The notes under the pieces are model-generated. The model was given only the letters and a program-made list of their open reading frames with translations. It was not told the origin of the DNA and searched no databases. From the NCBI GenBank assembly GCA_001938485.1, contig MQRK01251261.1, positions 1 through 50,615 of the forward strand: a stretch of 50,615 nucleotides of DNA, given 5' to 3'. Position numbers and translations under genes: made by a program. The stretch's first letter is position 1. Every line of letters starts with the position of its first letter. The stretch comes from Girardia tigrina. Lineage: Eukaryota. This document shows, piece by piece, positions 42,282 through 50,029 of the stretch.

Positions 42282-45200
42282 NNNNNNNNNNNNNNNNNNN
42301 NNNNNNNNNNNNNNNNNNNNNNNNNNNNNNNNNNNNNNNNNNNNNNNNNNNNNNNNNNNNNNNNNNNNNNNNNNNNNNNNNNNNNNNNNNNNNNNNNNNN
42401 NNNNNNNNNNNNNNNNNNNNNNNNNNNNNNNNNNNNNNNNNATAATGCTTCACAAGTAACTCTTTCCCAATAATTTTTAAAATTACTGCACAATATTTTA
42501 AAATTAGTTGTTTTCACCTCCGATTTACAACCATTCATATGTCCAGCAATATTACTCCCATTACCTAATTCACGAAAAGCAAACTCATCAAGACTATCAT
42601 GGTTACTGATGGTACAAGAGCGGGCGCAGCGATTTTGTGGCTGCGGCACGCCGGCGACGGGGAGCGAACATCTGGTCGGGAGTCACATTTAAAAATTTTA
42701 CCTCGAGACTGGGGTTGATGACGATCGGGAGAATTGCCTTTTTTTCTTTCTCAATCTTCAGCAAAATGCCACCTCGATTTTTCGATATGATCGGAACTTT
42801 CAAATTGGTATTAATTTCGATCAACTTCTTAATCCACCGATCCCACGAGTCGATCTCTTGGACAAACGGTTCCAATTCCTTTTCTATTAAGTACCATTTT
42901 CCCAACTCTATGTCTAATTTATCTAACAACGACTCATTCAAATCTCGAGAATACAAAAGATATTCATAATGTTCATTGATAATCTTATGATCACAAAAAC
43001 ATTTCCGCATAATCTCTCGAATTCGATTACGTGAAATGAATATAGATTCTTCCATTTGTTCTAATCTAAGCTTCTCTAATTGACGAACTTCTTTTTTTTA
43101 AAAATCGATAGTCTTGTAACTGAATTTATTAGAAGAATCTGAAATATTGACAATTGACTGATGGCAAAGGGATAACGATTTAGACAGAATCTTAAATCTC
43201 TCTTGGAGTCTCACACATCCGTCGATATTGTTTTGATATTCCCCTTTCAGTGATTTAATCAAACAGTCACACTGACTCAAAAAATCATTCGACAAAGGCA
43301 CAAAATTTGAATCGAAAAACAACTCCAAAAAAATTCTCCCGCTCGAAATTTTATTTAAACGAATAACCAGAAAGCACTCGACAACATTATCGCAATTGGC
43401 CTTGAGTATCGGCATCACGGAAACAAGACAATTTTTTAAATCAAATTCCTCAAACATCACAACAAAATTCTTTCAACGCGAAAATAGAAAAAAAAATGTC
43501 GGACCAACAATTCTCAACAAAGATTTATATTTCAAAAATTTCGCCAAATTAATTAATTTGAACGATTAAAACAAATCGTTGAAATACCGCATTTTTCGGT
43601 GACAAAAATAAAATTAAATCAGATCACGACCGAATATTTTCGGTAAACAAAAAAAATCATTTTTTGTCATAAAAAAATGTCAATACCAGATTGGCCGATC
43701 TATTTTTAGATCGGCCAATCATGGGTCATCTATTTATAGATGATTTTCGATTGACAACAGATGCGATATCTATTTTGAATTTCCGATATATTAAGACCCT
43801 GTGATGCATTTATGGAAAGTTCAGCATTATTAACGAATTCGGATTTCATTTCATTTATGTCATCGAATGTGTCACACAAATGATTAGTGTCATCGGTTTG
43901 ACCATCCTTGTTGATACTCGTATTCGTTTGTATGAAAACATGACATTTTGGCTTGAGCTTAGCAGTGCGCTTCAAGTCAACATTGTCAGTCGGTCCAATG
44001 TCATAATCACTGTCGTTATCATTCAATAAATATGTGGTCATATTTTTGTAATTTTCAACTATTCTCTGTTGATCGCATATCAGCATAGATTTATTATATC
44101 TTTCACACTGAAACTCGGACCTTAAATGAAGCTCAGATAACTGTATCATAACTGTATCACAAGGAGGGTTACTGCTCAAGTCACTAGAATCAATGCCATG
44201 TTCAGTTGAAGATTTGTTAGACAATATGTTTTTAAAAGCTTTTCTCAATTCTGTGTCTAACAGAAGGTCGTTCTCGTACCAGTATCCCTCATCGACCAGC
44301 GTTGGAATTCACCGCTCATTTCCCTCAAATCGCCCATCAATTCGTCTCTATCGATGTCATTCGGCTCATTGTCACACATTTCTCTCCGTTTGATATTTGA
44401 CTATTATCTTTTTCCATCGGTGTTTTATTGGACAGAGAAAATATTTTTTTTTAAATGAAAGCCCATCGCGAAACAGTTACCACTATTACATTTCCAGAGA
44501 TCACAACATGGATCAATTGTTTCTATCAATGAGACATTGGTGAAAAGACTTGCAATGTTAAAAGAAACCACGAATTCATTTTTATTACCCAAATCAAAGT
44601 TAGAAATAAATTCAACAAATTCAAAGCTATCTTTACACTGGACCTCAGAGGAAATCAAACGTTTTAATTTCGAATCCAAAAATTTTGCAATAAAGTATTG
44701 AGATGATGATAATAATTTTCAACGGAAATTTTATCAGAAAAAGATCAAGTATTTATATTTATATCAACTTTTTTATTAAAATTTTGTTAGAGTTTCAAAT
44801 AAAATAGTGGTCTAATTTGTGCTTTAACCCTTATTCCATGCACAAAACCTTGATAATTTGCATCATCAACCAACATTATTCGAAAAGATATATGAATCAA
44901 GAAATAACTAATCAGACCGTATTTCTTTTAATTTTATTAAAATATTTTATTGATATTAATTTATTATTTGTTATCATAAGCAAATTATTTGTAGAAATGT
45001 ACAAGGGATATTGTTTAGTTTTATTGTTATAATTTCCATTTTTCAAAAATCTTTTTTTTTAATATTTAAAAATGGTTACAATGGTAGATTAAGATTTTGC
45101 TGATGATGTTAACAATAAGCCTGCTCAACTAGGGTTAAGGTGTACTATTAGTATTAACAACATCAATATGATTTTTCAAACAAAAGGACCTCCATTGTTA

Positions 45201-48045
45201 TGAAAAAAAATATTCGAAAGGCTTTCGATATTCGACATTTTTCTTGATCAATATATTTCTGAATTGATACTAATTTTTCAATAAATGAAAAAGTTTTATT
45301 AATAATAATTAATTAAAAAGATTCTAATTGGTTAAAATTAAATCTAAACATTTTATAAAAAAGTACCAATTAAATTAATAAATTAAATTATAAATTGCAT
45401 TAAAAATTAAATATTACATTCGAAAATTATTTTGAATCTTTTTACTTTAAAATTACATTAAATTATTTTTAATTAGTAAGAATCAAAGAAAATATCAATC
45501 ATCCATCTGTGTAGGAGAGGCACAATCCGAATCAACATTCTACATGCACAATATCAATATACAATTCAAAACATTCCTCACAATTAGTAAGGTGTAAAAT
45601 ACAAAAAAATCTTTTATCGAATTTAAAAGGATAAAAGCAAAAACAAAAAATAAATACCTATATCACAAGTTTTTCCGGTGTATCCATTAAAGCATGAACA
45701 ATGGAAACCATTATTTTTTCTGAAACATTTTCCTTGTATGCAAGGTTTTGGTGAACAAGGATCTTAATAAAAATAACATTCCATTAATAGTTACAATATT
45801 ATTTTTATTAAATAATAATTATCATATGAGATGTAAGAAAATTTAGAAATTTTTATTATTAAAGTTACATTTTTTCAATCTAAAAAAACCAGTTTTATAT
45901 TTTTATTTTATCATTATTCAAACTTTATGAATAAGAATTATAAAATAATATTGATAATTTAAATACTCATTCAGATTATCATAAGAGTTGTGAAGAAGGA
46001 CAATATGCTGATTCTCTTTACAACCTCCAAACAAATAAAAAATTAACGAATAGAATTTATATAAAATTCTTTAATGAATTTAAAAAAGGCATATTTGAAA
46101 AAGTTCCGAACTTAGTTACAAGACAAGGAAATCATAGATCGTGTGTGATTACAGTATTCAAGCTCGCTACGCCATTCAGGTACCTGCGTTTCTCAATGAT
46201 CGATTTCGATGTCACATAGTTCATCTTGGGCATAGTTTCTCAACATGACATTGAAATTGCCATCACAAAACCTTGAACTTGCTACACCAGATAACTAAGT
46301 GTGGTAAGTAACCAAGTTCCATGTAGCTCAATGACGGTACTGGAATAATGAAGAATTTTTCCGAAGAATTATAACAAAGAAGTTTGGAGGAAGCTTTTCG
46401 AAGCATAACTCCAGATATGTCCAGGAAGATGTCAAGGAGAACATGGAGATACCTGGATCTCTGTGTATATACTGTGTAAGGATACACAAACATCCCGGAC
46501 GTACTTTACATAGATGTGTTTTGATTGATTCTGTAAAGAATGTTTTCATCTTTCCATCATCCTTTTGAAAATTTAAAGTAATCTACCATCAATGAAAATT
46601 TGATGAAAAAATTGACTATAATTACTGAGAAGTTCATGTCGGACACTCCCGACACGAACGTGGGGTGCGGGGCGGCCCCCGCGGTAACCTGAGGCGAAGA
46701 CACCGTTGTTGTAGTTGAGGCGACGTTGACTGAAGCGTTTTCGTTTATTTTCGTTTTACATCACCGCCATTTATTCACATTTTCAATCAGTCCGTTCACA
46801 TTTTTTTGCGTTATTTTTGTTATAAAAAAAGTTTTATTTTTAATTCTTTTCTTTTTTTTAATTTACTACAATTACTATTAACCTAATCATGAGATTTTTA
46901 AGACATGCTTAAACTTACTGATAACAGACCAAATAAATAGAGGTATATTTTTTATGTCAGTGCACAGTATATTCACCCTAGAAGCATAGCTTGTGTTTTC
47001 CACCATGTTTCTCAATCAGCATTTTGAACTCAGAATGTCTTTCAATCCAAAGATTTTTGAAGCACGTTTTTTTAGAAATTCTTATAATTTATATTTTTAA
47101 GATTTGAAAAAAATTTGCTATCATTACAATTTTATTCTCCTTTTGATTTTCATTCTTACACTCTATTCGACTTTTTTATTCCTATCACGGACTCCAGTCC
47201 AAAAACTCGGAATTCTTTTGAATATTTTATCACATATAAATGTAAGAATAAAGTGTAGCTCAATTCGTTTTAGTGCGTTTCCAGGAGACCAACGTCCTGG
47301 CTCCCAGATGGGTGGGGTCAACATTTGCTTCCGGATCCGCCGGGAGTCATGCCAGACAGAGCGCTCATTATACACGTACTTTAATGAAGCTAACAATAAA
47401 TAAATTATTTAAATTAAAAAATATGATTTTTATCTGGTTGATAAACATATACCTTCATGTTTTATTTTAAATCGAAATCTTTGACAGTATCCCAACTATA
47501 TATATTTTTTGCAAAGAGTTAATTTTTTTTGGATCGAATAAAGTTTTAAAATCAAAAGTAAAAAATGTTTTTAATAAAATTAACCAAATAATATGAAATT
47601 AACAGTTATTAATTAATAATTATTACCTTTTTCACAATTTCGACCACTAATGCCAGACGGACAAATGCAAACGTAAGGAGGATTTTGGGTCGGATCATTT
47701 TCACAAATTCCTTCATTTTTACATGGATTTTCTCGAGCACAATAGTTTAAACCTAAAGAACTATTTTTAGAGTCTTACTACAAATCATTTTTACTTTGGT
47801 CACAGAAAGGACCACCCCAATTATTCTCGCAATGACAAGTCCATGGAGAATCAATACAAGTTCCGTGTTTACAACCTGGATACTTTATACACTCGTCACA
47901 AAATGTACCTTTCCAACCGTCACGACAGCTGAAATAAAAGGTTATGAATGATTTGAATTAAGTTAAAATATGTCGTAAAATTACGTGCATTCATTTGGTT
48001 GAAGACAGTATCCATGTACCCTATGGCATCCAGGTTTGCATATCG
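11253..48045 (-). CDS. Ser: Jagged/Serrate Notch ligand, 14 coding exons in window (5' exons outside window)
   Basis: Spliced exons 47985-48045, 47795-47928, 47627-47752, 45658-45762, 39401-39637, 39306-39355, 34319-34489, 33855-34272, 29935-30343, 29748-29833, 29461-29702, 27412-27819, 16071-16260 and 11253-11527 all have GT-AG boundaries and join in phase. The product has DOS EGF1-2, 16 EGF repeats with the Serrate/Jagged insertion in EGF10, vWC, a cysteine-rich juxtamembrane region, a TM helix and a cytoplasmic tail. Confidence 0.93.
12004..12255 (-). mobile_element. Tc1/mariner deletion derivative (MITE)
   Basis: TIR TAGGCTRTGTCGTAAAAAA(AA)CGGC at both ends, TA flanks; residual transposase tail [12 protein letters not shown]. 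Confidence 0.8.
12269..12560. mobile_element. piggyBac-like terminal fragment (one end only)
   Basis: TTAA followed by CCCCTTACCGCACAGT and the palindrome GGATCAcataTGATCC; no matching second end found. Confidence 0.45.
12588..13905 (+). mobile_element. Ty3/gypsy LTR retrotransposon remnant (gag, protease, start of RT), frameshifted and truncated
   Basis: gag KLPQY..WFRQVE; CHCC knuckle [20 protein letters not shown]; protease FLVDTG and PILGSDFL; RT start [14 protein letters not shown]...SSW; PBS-like TGGTATCAGAA at 12601 after TACA. Confidence 0.9.
14210..14909 (-). mobile_element. hAT transposon remnant (C-terminal dimerisation domain plus one TIR)
   Basis: [50 protein letters not shown]; CAGTAGCGTAGC terminus at 14909. 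Confidence 0.8.
15081..15904. mobile_element. hAT (Charlie/Buster-type) MITE
   Basis: TIR CAGCGGTTCMCAACCT; perfect 8-bp TSD AACTAGAG at 15073-15080 and 15905-15912. Confidence 0.9.
15384..15813 (+). mobile_element. Internally deleted Tc1 element nested in the hAT MITE
   Basis: 32-bp perfect TIR CAGTCAGGTGCAAAAGTTTGTGAACGCTTGTT inside a (TA)n tract; [21 protein letters not shown]...SRSGR. Confidence 0.92.
16071..16260 (-). CDS. Ser: Jagged/Serrate exon (membrane-proximal ectodomain)
   Basis: VAIYALSDK...[18 protein letters not shown], resembling JAG1 'HVAIS...AEVRV'; aaacag / gttggt; phases fit. Confidence 0.85.
16420..17650 (-). mobile_element. Full-length mariner (interior is an assembly gap)
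   Basis: TIR TTAGGTTGTTCGATATGAAAYGGGTCAAA, TA TSD, 1231 bp; C-terminus [25 protein letters not shown]. Confidence 0.92.
17900..18570 (+). mobile_element. Degraded mariner transposase
   Basis: Frameshifted [32 protein letters not shown]. Confidence 0.65.
18810..19620 (-). mobile_element. Penelope-like element RT fragment
   Basis: [20 protein letters not shown]; [20 protein letters not shown]; [10 protein letters not shown]; [12 protein letters not shown]. Confidence 0.85.
20831..21915 (-). mobile_element. mariner (DD34D) with near-intact, frameshifted transposase
   Basis: [22 protein letters not shown]-34-SDYYLF; one TIR-like end TAGGGTTGTCAACTAAGGTTTTTTCCG next to (TA)n. Confidence 0.92.
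22450..23400 (-). mobile_element. Highly degraded hAT-like transposase remnant
   Basis: [23 protein letters not shown] resembles the hAT S..VER.FS motif; interrupted by a MITE. Confidence 0.4.
22646..22977. mobile_element. MITE with 7-bp TSD (P-element-like)
   Basis: 14-bp TIR CASGGTTTTTAAGG; TSD AATCTAT at 22639-22645 and 22978-22984. Confidence 0.75.
23480..24139 (+). mobile_element. mariner (cecropia/Hsmar1-like) 3' half
   Basis: [56 protein letters not shown]; right TIR ending CCAACCTAA|TA. Confidence 0.92.
24142..26038 (-). mobile_element. Older degraded Tc1/mariner (rosa/maT-like) element hosting the 24253-25552 mariner
   Basis: Transposase tail KGSHFEHMY* at about 25556-25585; ends only loosely match. 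Confidence 0.4.
24253..25552 (+). mobile_element. Full-length mariner, frameshifted transposase
   Basis: Perfect 28-bp TIR TTAGGTTGGAAACTATGAAACGGGCGTT, TA TSD, 1300 bp; [33 protein letters not shown]. Confidence 0.95.
27412..27819 (-). CDS. Ser: Jagged/Serrate exon (cysteine-rich/juxtamembrane region)
   Basis: IVCGVWNCL...RCFVPPC...[19 protein letters not shown]...[12 protein letters not shown]...TTIN; ttgcag / gttagt. Confidence 0.9.
28004..28248. mobile_element. piggyBac MITE
   Basis: 16-bp TIR CCCTTAAATGCATAAT; TTAA TSD on both sides. Confidence 0.9.
29461..29702 (-). CDS. Ser: Jagged/Serrate exon (EGF16 and vWC)
   Basis: [26 protein letters not shown]...[33 protein letters not shown]; attaag / gttagt. 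Confidence 0.92.
29748..29833 (-). CDS. Ser: Jagged/Serrate exon (EGF15, C-terminal part)
   Basis: [28 protein letters not shown]; ttcaag / gtaaaa; 86 nt. Confidence 0.9.
29935..30343 (-). CDS. Ser: Jagged/Serrate exon (EGF12-15)
   Basis: ORF-track 29931..30341 EGF repeats; ttttag acceptor, gtgagt donor. Confidence 0.93.
30730..30900 (-). mobile_element. hAT dimerisation-domain remnant
   Basis: [21 protein letters not shown] resembles PVT.AS.ERSFSKLK.IKTY. Confidence 0.6.
31255..31545. repeat. Degenerate tandem repeat, about 3 units of 100-120 bp
   Basis: TATCATTTTTAATTTT..A.ATATTTAA...ACATTAAA recurs near 31268, 31364 and 31483. Confidence 0.65.
32570..33554 (+). mobile_element. Degraded mariner transposase
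   Basis: [43 protein letters not shown]; stops and frameshifts. Confidence 0.9.
33855..34272 (-). CDS. Ser: Jagged/Serrate exon (EGF9-11, including the interrupted EGF10)
   Basis: [13 protein letters not shown]...[39 protein letters not shown]...[10 protein letters not shown]...CEN; atttag / gtaagt. Confidence 0.93.
34319..34489 (-). CDS. Ser: Jagged/Serrate exon (EGF7-8)
   Basis: [36 protein letters not shown]...YSGNNCE; caacag / gtaatt. Confidence 0.92.
34560..35460 (+). repeat. Dispersed repeat, probable PLE 5' leader and N-terminal ORF remnant
   Basis: GGATTGTGTTTCTCCCACCCAGATGGAAGATTGA also near 18653 (+) and 45498-45532 (-); AGAAATCATATTAGTGTTCTTAATAAA also near 28800 (+) and 45150-45180 (-). 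Confidence 0.6.
36317..37656 (+). mobile_element. Full-length mariner (interior is an assembly gap)
   Basis: Perfect TIR TTAGGGGTACCCAAATGTTATGTCGTTTTTT, TA TSD, 1340 bp; [10 protein letters not shown]...CQRWFAKFK...[11 protein letters not shown]. Confidence 0.93.
37665..39195 (-). mobile_element. Tc1 element, degraded transposase
   Basis: Imperfect TIR CAGTAGCGGTCAAAATTATTTGCACA with TA flanks; [38 protein letters not shown]. Confidence 0.9.
39306..39355 (-). CDS. Ser: Jagged/Serrate exon (EGF7, N-terminal half)
   Basis: [16 protein letters not shown]; ttcaag acceptor, gtaaaa donor; phase fits both neighbours. Confidence 0.88.
39401..39637 (-). CDS. Ser: Jagged/Serrate exon (EGF5-6)
   Basis: [47 protein letters not shown]...[12 protein letters not shown]; ttttag / gtattc. 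Confidence 0.92.
39717..40167 (+). mobile_element. 5'-truncated Penelope-like element (GIY-YIG end plus 3' UTR)
   Basis: [27 protein letters not shown]...[15 protein letters not shown]...IFN*; flanked by the direct repeat ATTTCTTTT(T)AAGAATT (39701-39716 / 40168-40184). Confidence 0.92.
40071..40113 (+). ncRNA. Minimal type-I hammerhead ribozyme (PLE-associated)
   Basis: CUGAAGA-U-GGUGGA(aaa)UCCACC-GAAA-UAUAUU: both core boxes, 6-bp stem II, palindromic AAUAUAUU stem III; stem I weak. Confidence 0.72.
42050..42572 (-). mobile_element. Penelope-like element: GIY-YIG end, gap, (TA)n, then a probable ORF N-terminal piece
   Basis: 42442-42572 is near-identical (inverted) to 39804-39930; 42050-42200 aligns with 50390-50530. 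Confidence 0.8.
42603..43460 (-). pseudogene. Orphan 285-codon frame, probably helical/coiled-coil, interrupted by one TAA
   Basis: ORFs 43098-43460 and 42603-43055 are in the same frame and the linker after TAA ([14 protein letters not shown]) is open. Confidence 0.5.
44425..45600 (-). mobile_element. Penelope-like element 5' part (leader, N-terminus, RT start), internally deleted
   Basis: [15 protein letters not shown]...[26 protein letters not shown] at 44425-44700; upstream leader shared with the 18590, 28730 and 34560 copies. Confidence 0.7.
45658..45762 (-). CDS. Ser: Jagged/Serrate exon (EGF4)
   Basis: [34 protein letters not shown]; attaag acceptor, gtattt donor. Confidence 0.88.
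   Translation of the reverse strand: MLVHQNLAYKENVSEKIMVSIVHALMDTPEKLVI
46140..46512 (+). mobile_element. Tc1/mariner (rosa/DD41D-like) transposase 3' fragment
   Basis: [15 protein letters not shown] (a decayed WPPRSPDLTTPD..LW) and [21 protein letters not shown]. Confidence 0.65.
47627..47752 (-). CDS. Ser: Jagged/Serrate exon (EGF3)
   Basis: [41 protein letters not shown]; ctttag / gtaata. Confidence 0.92.
47795..47928 (-). CDS. Ser: Jagged/Serrate exon (EGF1-2/DOS)
   Basis: [44 protein letters not shown]; tttcag / gtaaaa. Confidence 0.92.
47985..48045 (-). CDS. Ser: Jagged/Serrate exon (EGF1/DOS)
   Basis: [19 protein letters not shown]; tttcag acceptor, gtaatt donor; 61 nt. Confidence 0.9.
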
Positions 48046-48849
48046 CTGAAATTATTACGTTTGTAAGATTGATAATGTTAAAAGTAGATATTTTAATTTC
48101 TAATATTAAATTATCAATATTTTAATATTATATCATATATCATATATTTATTAAATATGGTTTAATTAAAAATCACAAAAATCTCCTAAAAATTGTTTGA
48201 ATATTCAGAAATATTCAGAAATTGTTATAAAATACATTTTGGAAATTTTAACGCTTTTTTAGAAATAAATTCCATTTTTATTCCTTAATTATTCCTTAGT
48301 TTTATTTTTTTATAAAAATAACGATGTACAAGCTTGATATCGACTACTAAAAGACTTGAGTGTTATTTGAAAAGCGGATGACGGTACAGAAAGGTTATTA
48401 ACAAAACCTCTTTAACCTCTCAACCGACTAATTTTATTCAAATAAATGGTCAAAAACAGAGCAATTTTAGCTGAAAGTTTCTTTATTTGGCTTGGGAAAC
48501 AGATAACATACCAATTTTCGGGGAATTGAAGATTTCAGAGTCATTATTCTCAGAGTTGAACCATTTCAAAGCCATAGTTTGTGTAGAATTACAGGAAAAG
48601 TACATTCTTCGAAGATTATATTGAAACAATGGTTACAATTATAGTCGAATAAAATAAAATAAAAAATTCAAATATTAAAGGAATTTGAGTATTTTACTTT
48701 TGAAAATACATCAGTGCTGTTTTCAGCTTCTGTTTTCCTTTCAAAAATTGAAAAAAAAATAAAATTTTTCATGGGAATCAATTTAGAGTATATAAAAGAT
48801 GTGTTGATGATTTATTTTATTTTAAAATCAAGCCGATGTATTTTCATTT

Positions 48850-49850
48850 TTAAATTTTATGAATTCGTACGCCAAATACTGCTTTTACCTTTGAAAATGA
48901 AACGAAAAAGTCATACCTTTCTGAATTTTTAGTTGAAAGAAAATTCCTTAATTAAGAGACTTGAATTTATAGAGAGCAAACTGATACCCGTTAATATATT
49001 TCACCGGACAGTTTTTGTGAACTGAAATATAAACAGAAATATTACCGACTTAATATATCGCTCGTGGTAGTTGTCTTAACTTTTCTAAAATCTGTCGGCA
49101 GTATTAATAAAATAAGTTCCTTGTTAAATCAAAATGGTTATTCTAAATATGTTCTTGACAAACTAATAAAAGAAGCAGTGTATAAAATACATATGAATGA
49201 TAGTTCTAAAAATCAGAGTTTTGTTTTTCCTGATGGTTCTAAGCAAGAAATTAAAGTGACGTAAATATTATGGAGAAATATTGATTAATTGTAAATTATT
49301 CTGATTGATTTAACAACTTTTAAAATGCGTTGTTAAAAGCAACGATTTGTGCAATAAATTTAAAAATTAAATCACTATCTCATAAAATTCAAAATATGCT
49401 AGTTAATAAATCTATTACTCTTTTAACACTGTTCTGATATTGTTTATGAATATAAATTTAATTAGTGCTAGAGACTGAAAGTCATATCTGTAAACGAACT
49501 CAAGGACATTGTCAAAAAGAGAGTAAGAGTCATATTGCAGAACATAGGAAAAATGTGTTATTAATATTAATAATTTAGATTCCATAAAAACATTTAATAG
49601 TTATTGGGAGAGTGTCGTGTGAAGCATTGTTAAATATGTTGCGTTGACCTAAAATCAAAGTTGAAACGGCAGCCTCAACCATCTTATTCAGAGTTGTAAT
49701 TAGCGTGATTTCACGCAATCGTGAATTTTTTTGTTAGTTATAATCATACGATTCATCAGTGACCAGAAGAATACGATTGATCCGTTAAAATATATTGTTT
49801 GTAAAAAAATATTTGAAAATGAATGAGTTATTATTATAAAATTTTGCTCC
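48850..49850 (+). mobile_element. Degraded Penelope-like element (RT end, thumb, GIY-YIG, 3' UTR)
   Basis: FTFENE..PFLNFLVER; INKISSLLNQNGYS; SYWESVVCEAL-like remnant; 3' UTR similar to 40005-40160. Confidence 0.75.
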
Positions 49851-50029
49851 GGATTGAAATTTAAATTTAATTTCCATTTAAAAATTTTTTTTGAATTATT
49901 ATTTTTAATTGTTTAATTATTCAATAAATAGAAAAATTACATATTTATATGTGGGTTATAATAAATGTAAATATTTATTCTTTTATTTTGATATTCTATC
50001 AGTCAGTTCAAACGGTTTTCAGAAAGGTT

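Noticed and set aside
45085-45115. DFADDV, a LINE RT-like motif on the plus strand
   Set aside because: An isolated match inside a region better explained as minus-strand PLE 5' sequence.
46630-46705. HDV-like ribozyme
   Set aside because: P1/P2/P3/L3 could not be assigned consistently; kept only as a GC-rich hairpin island.
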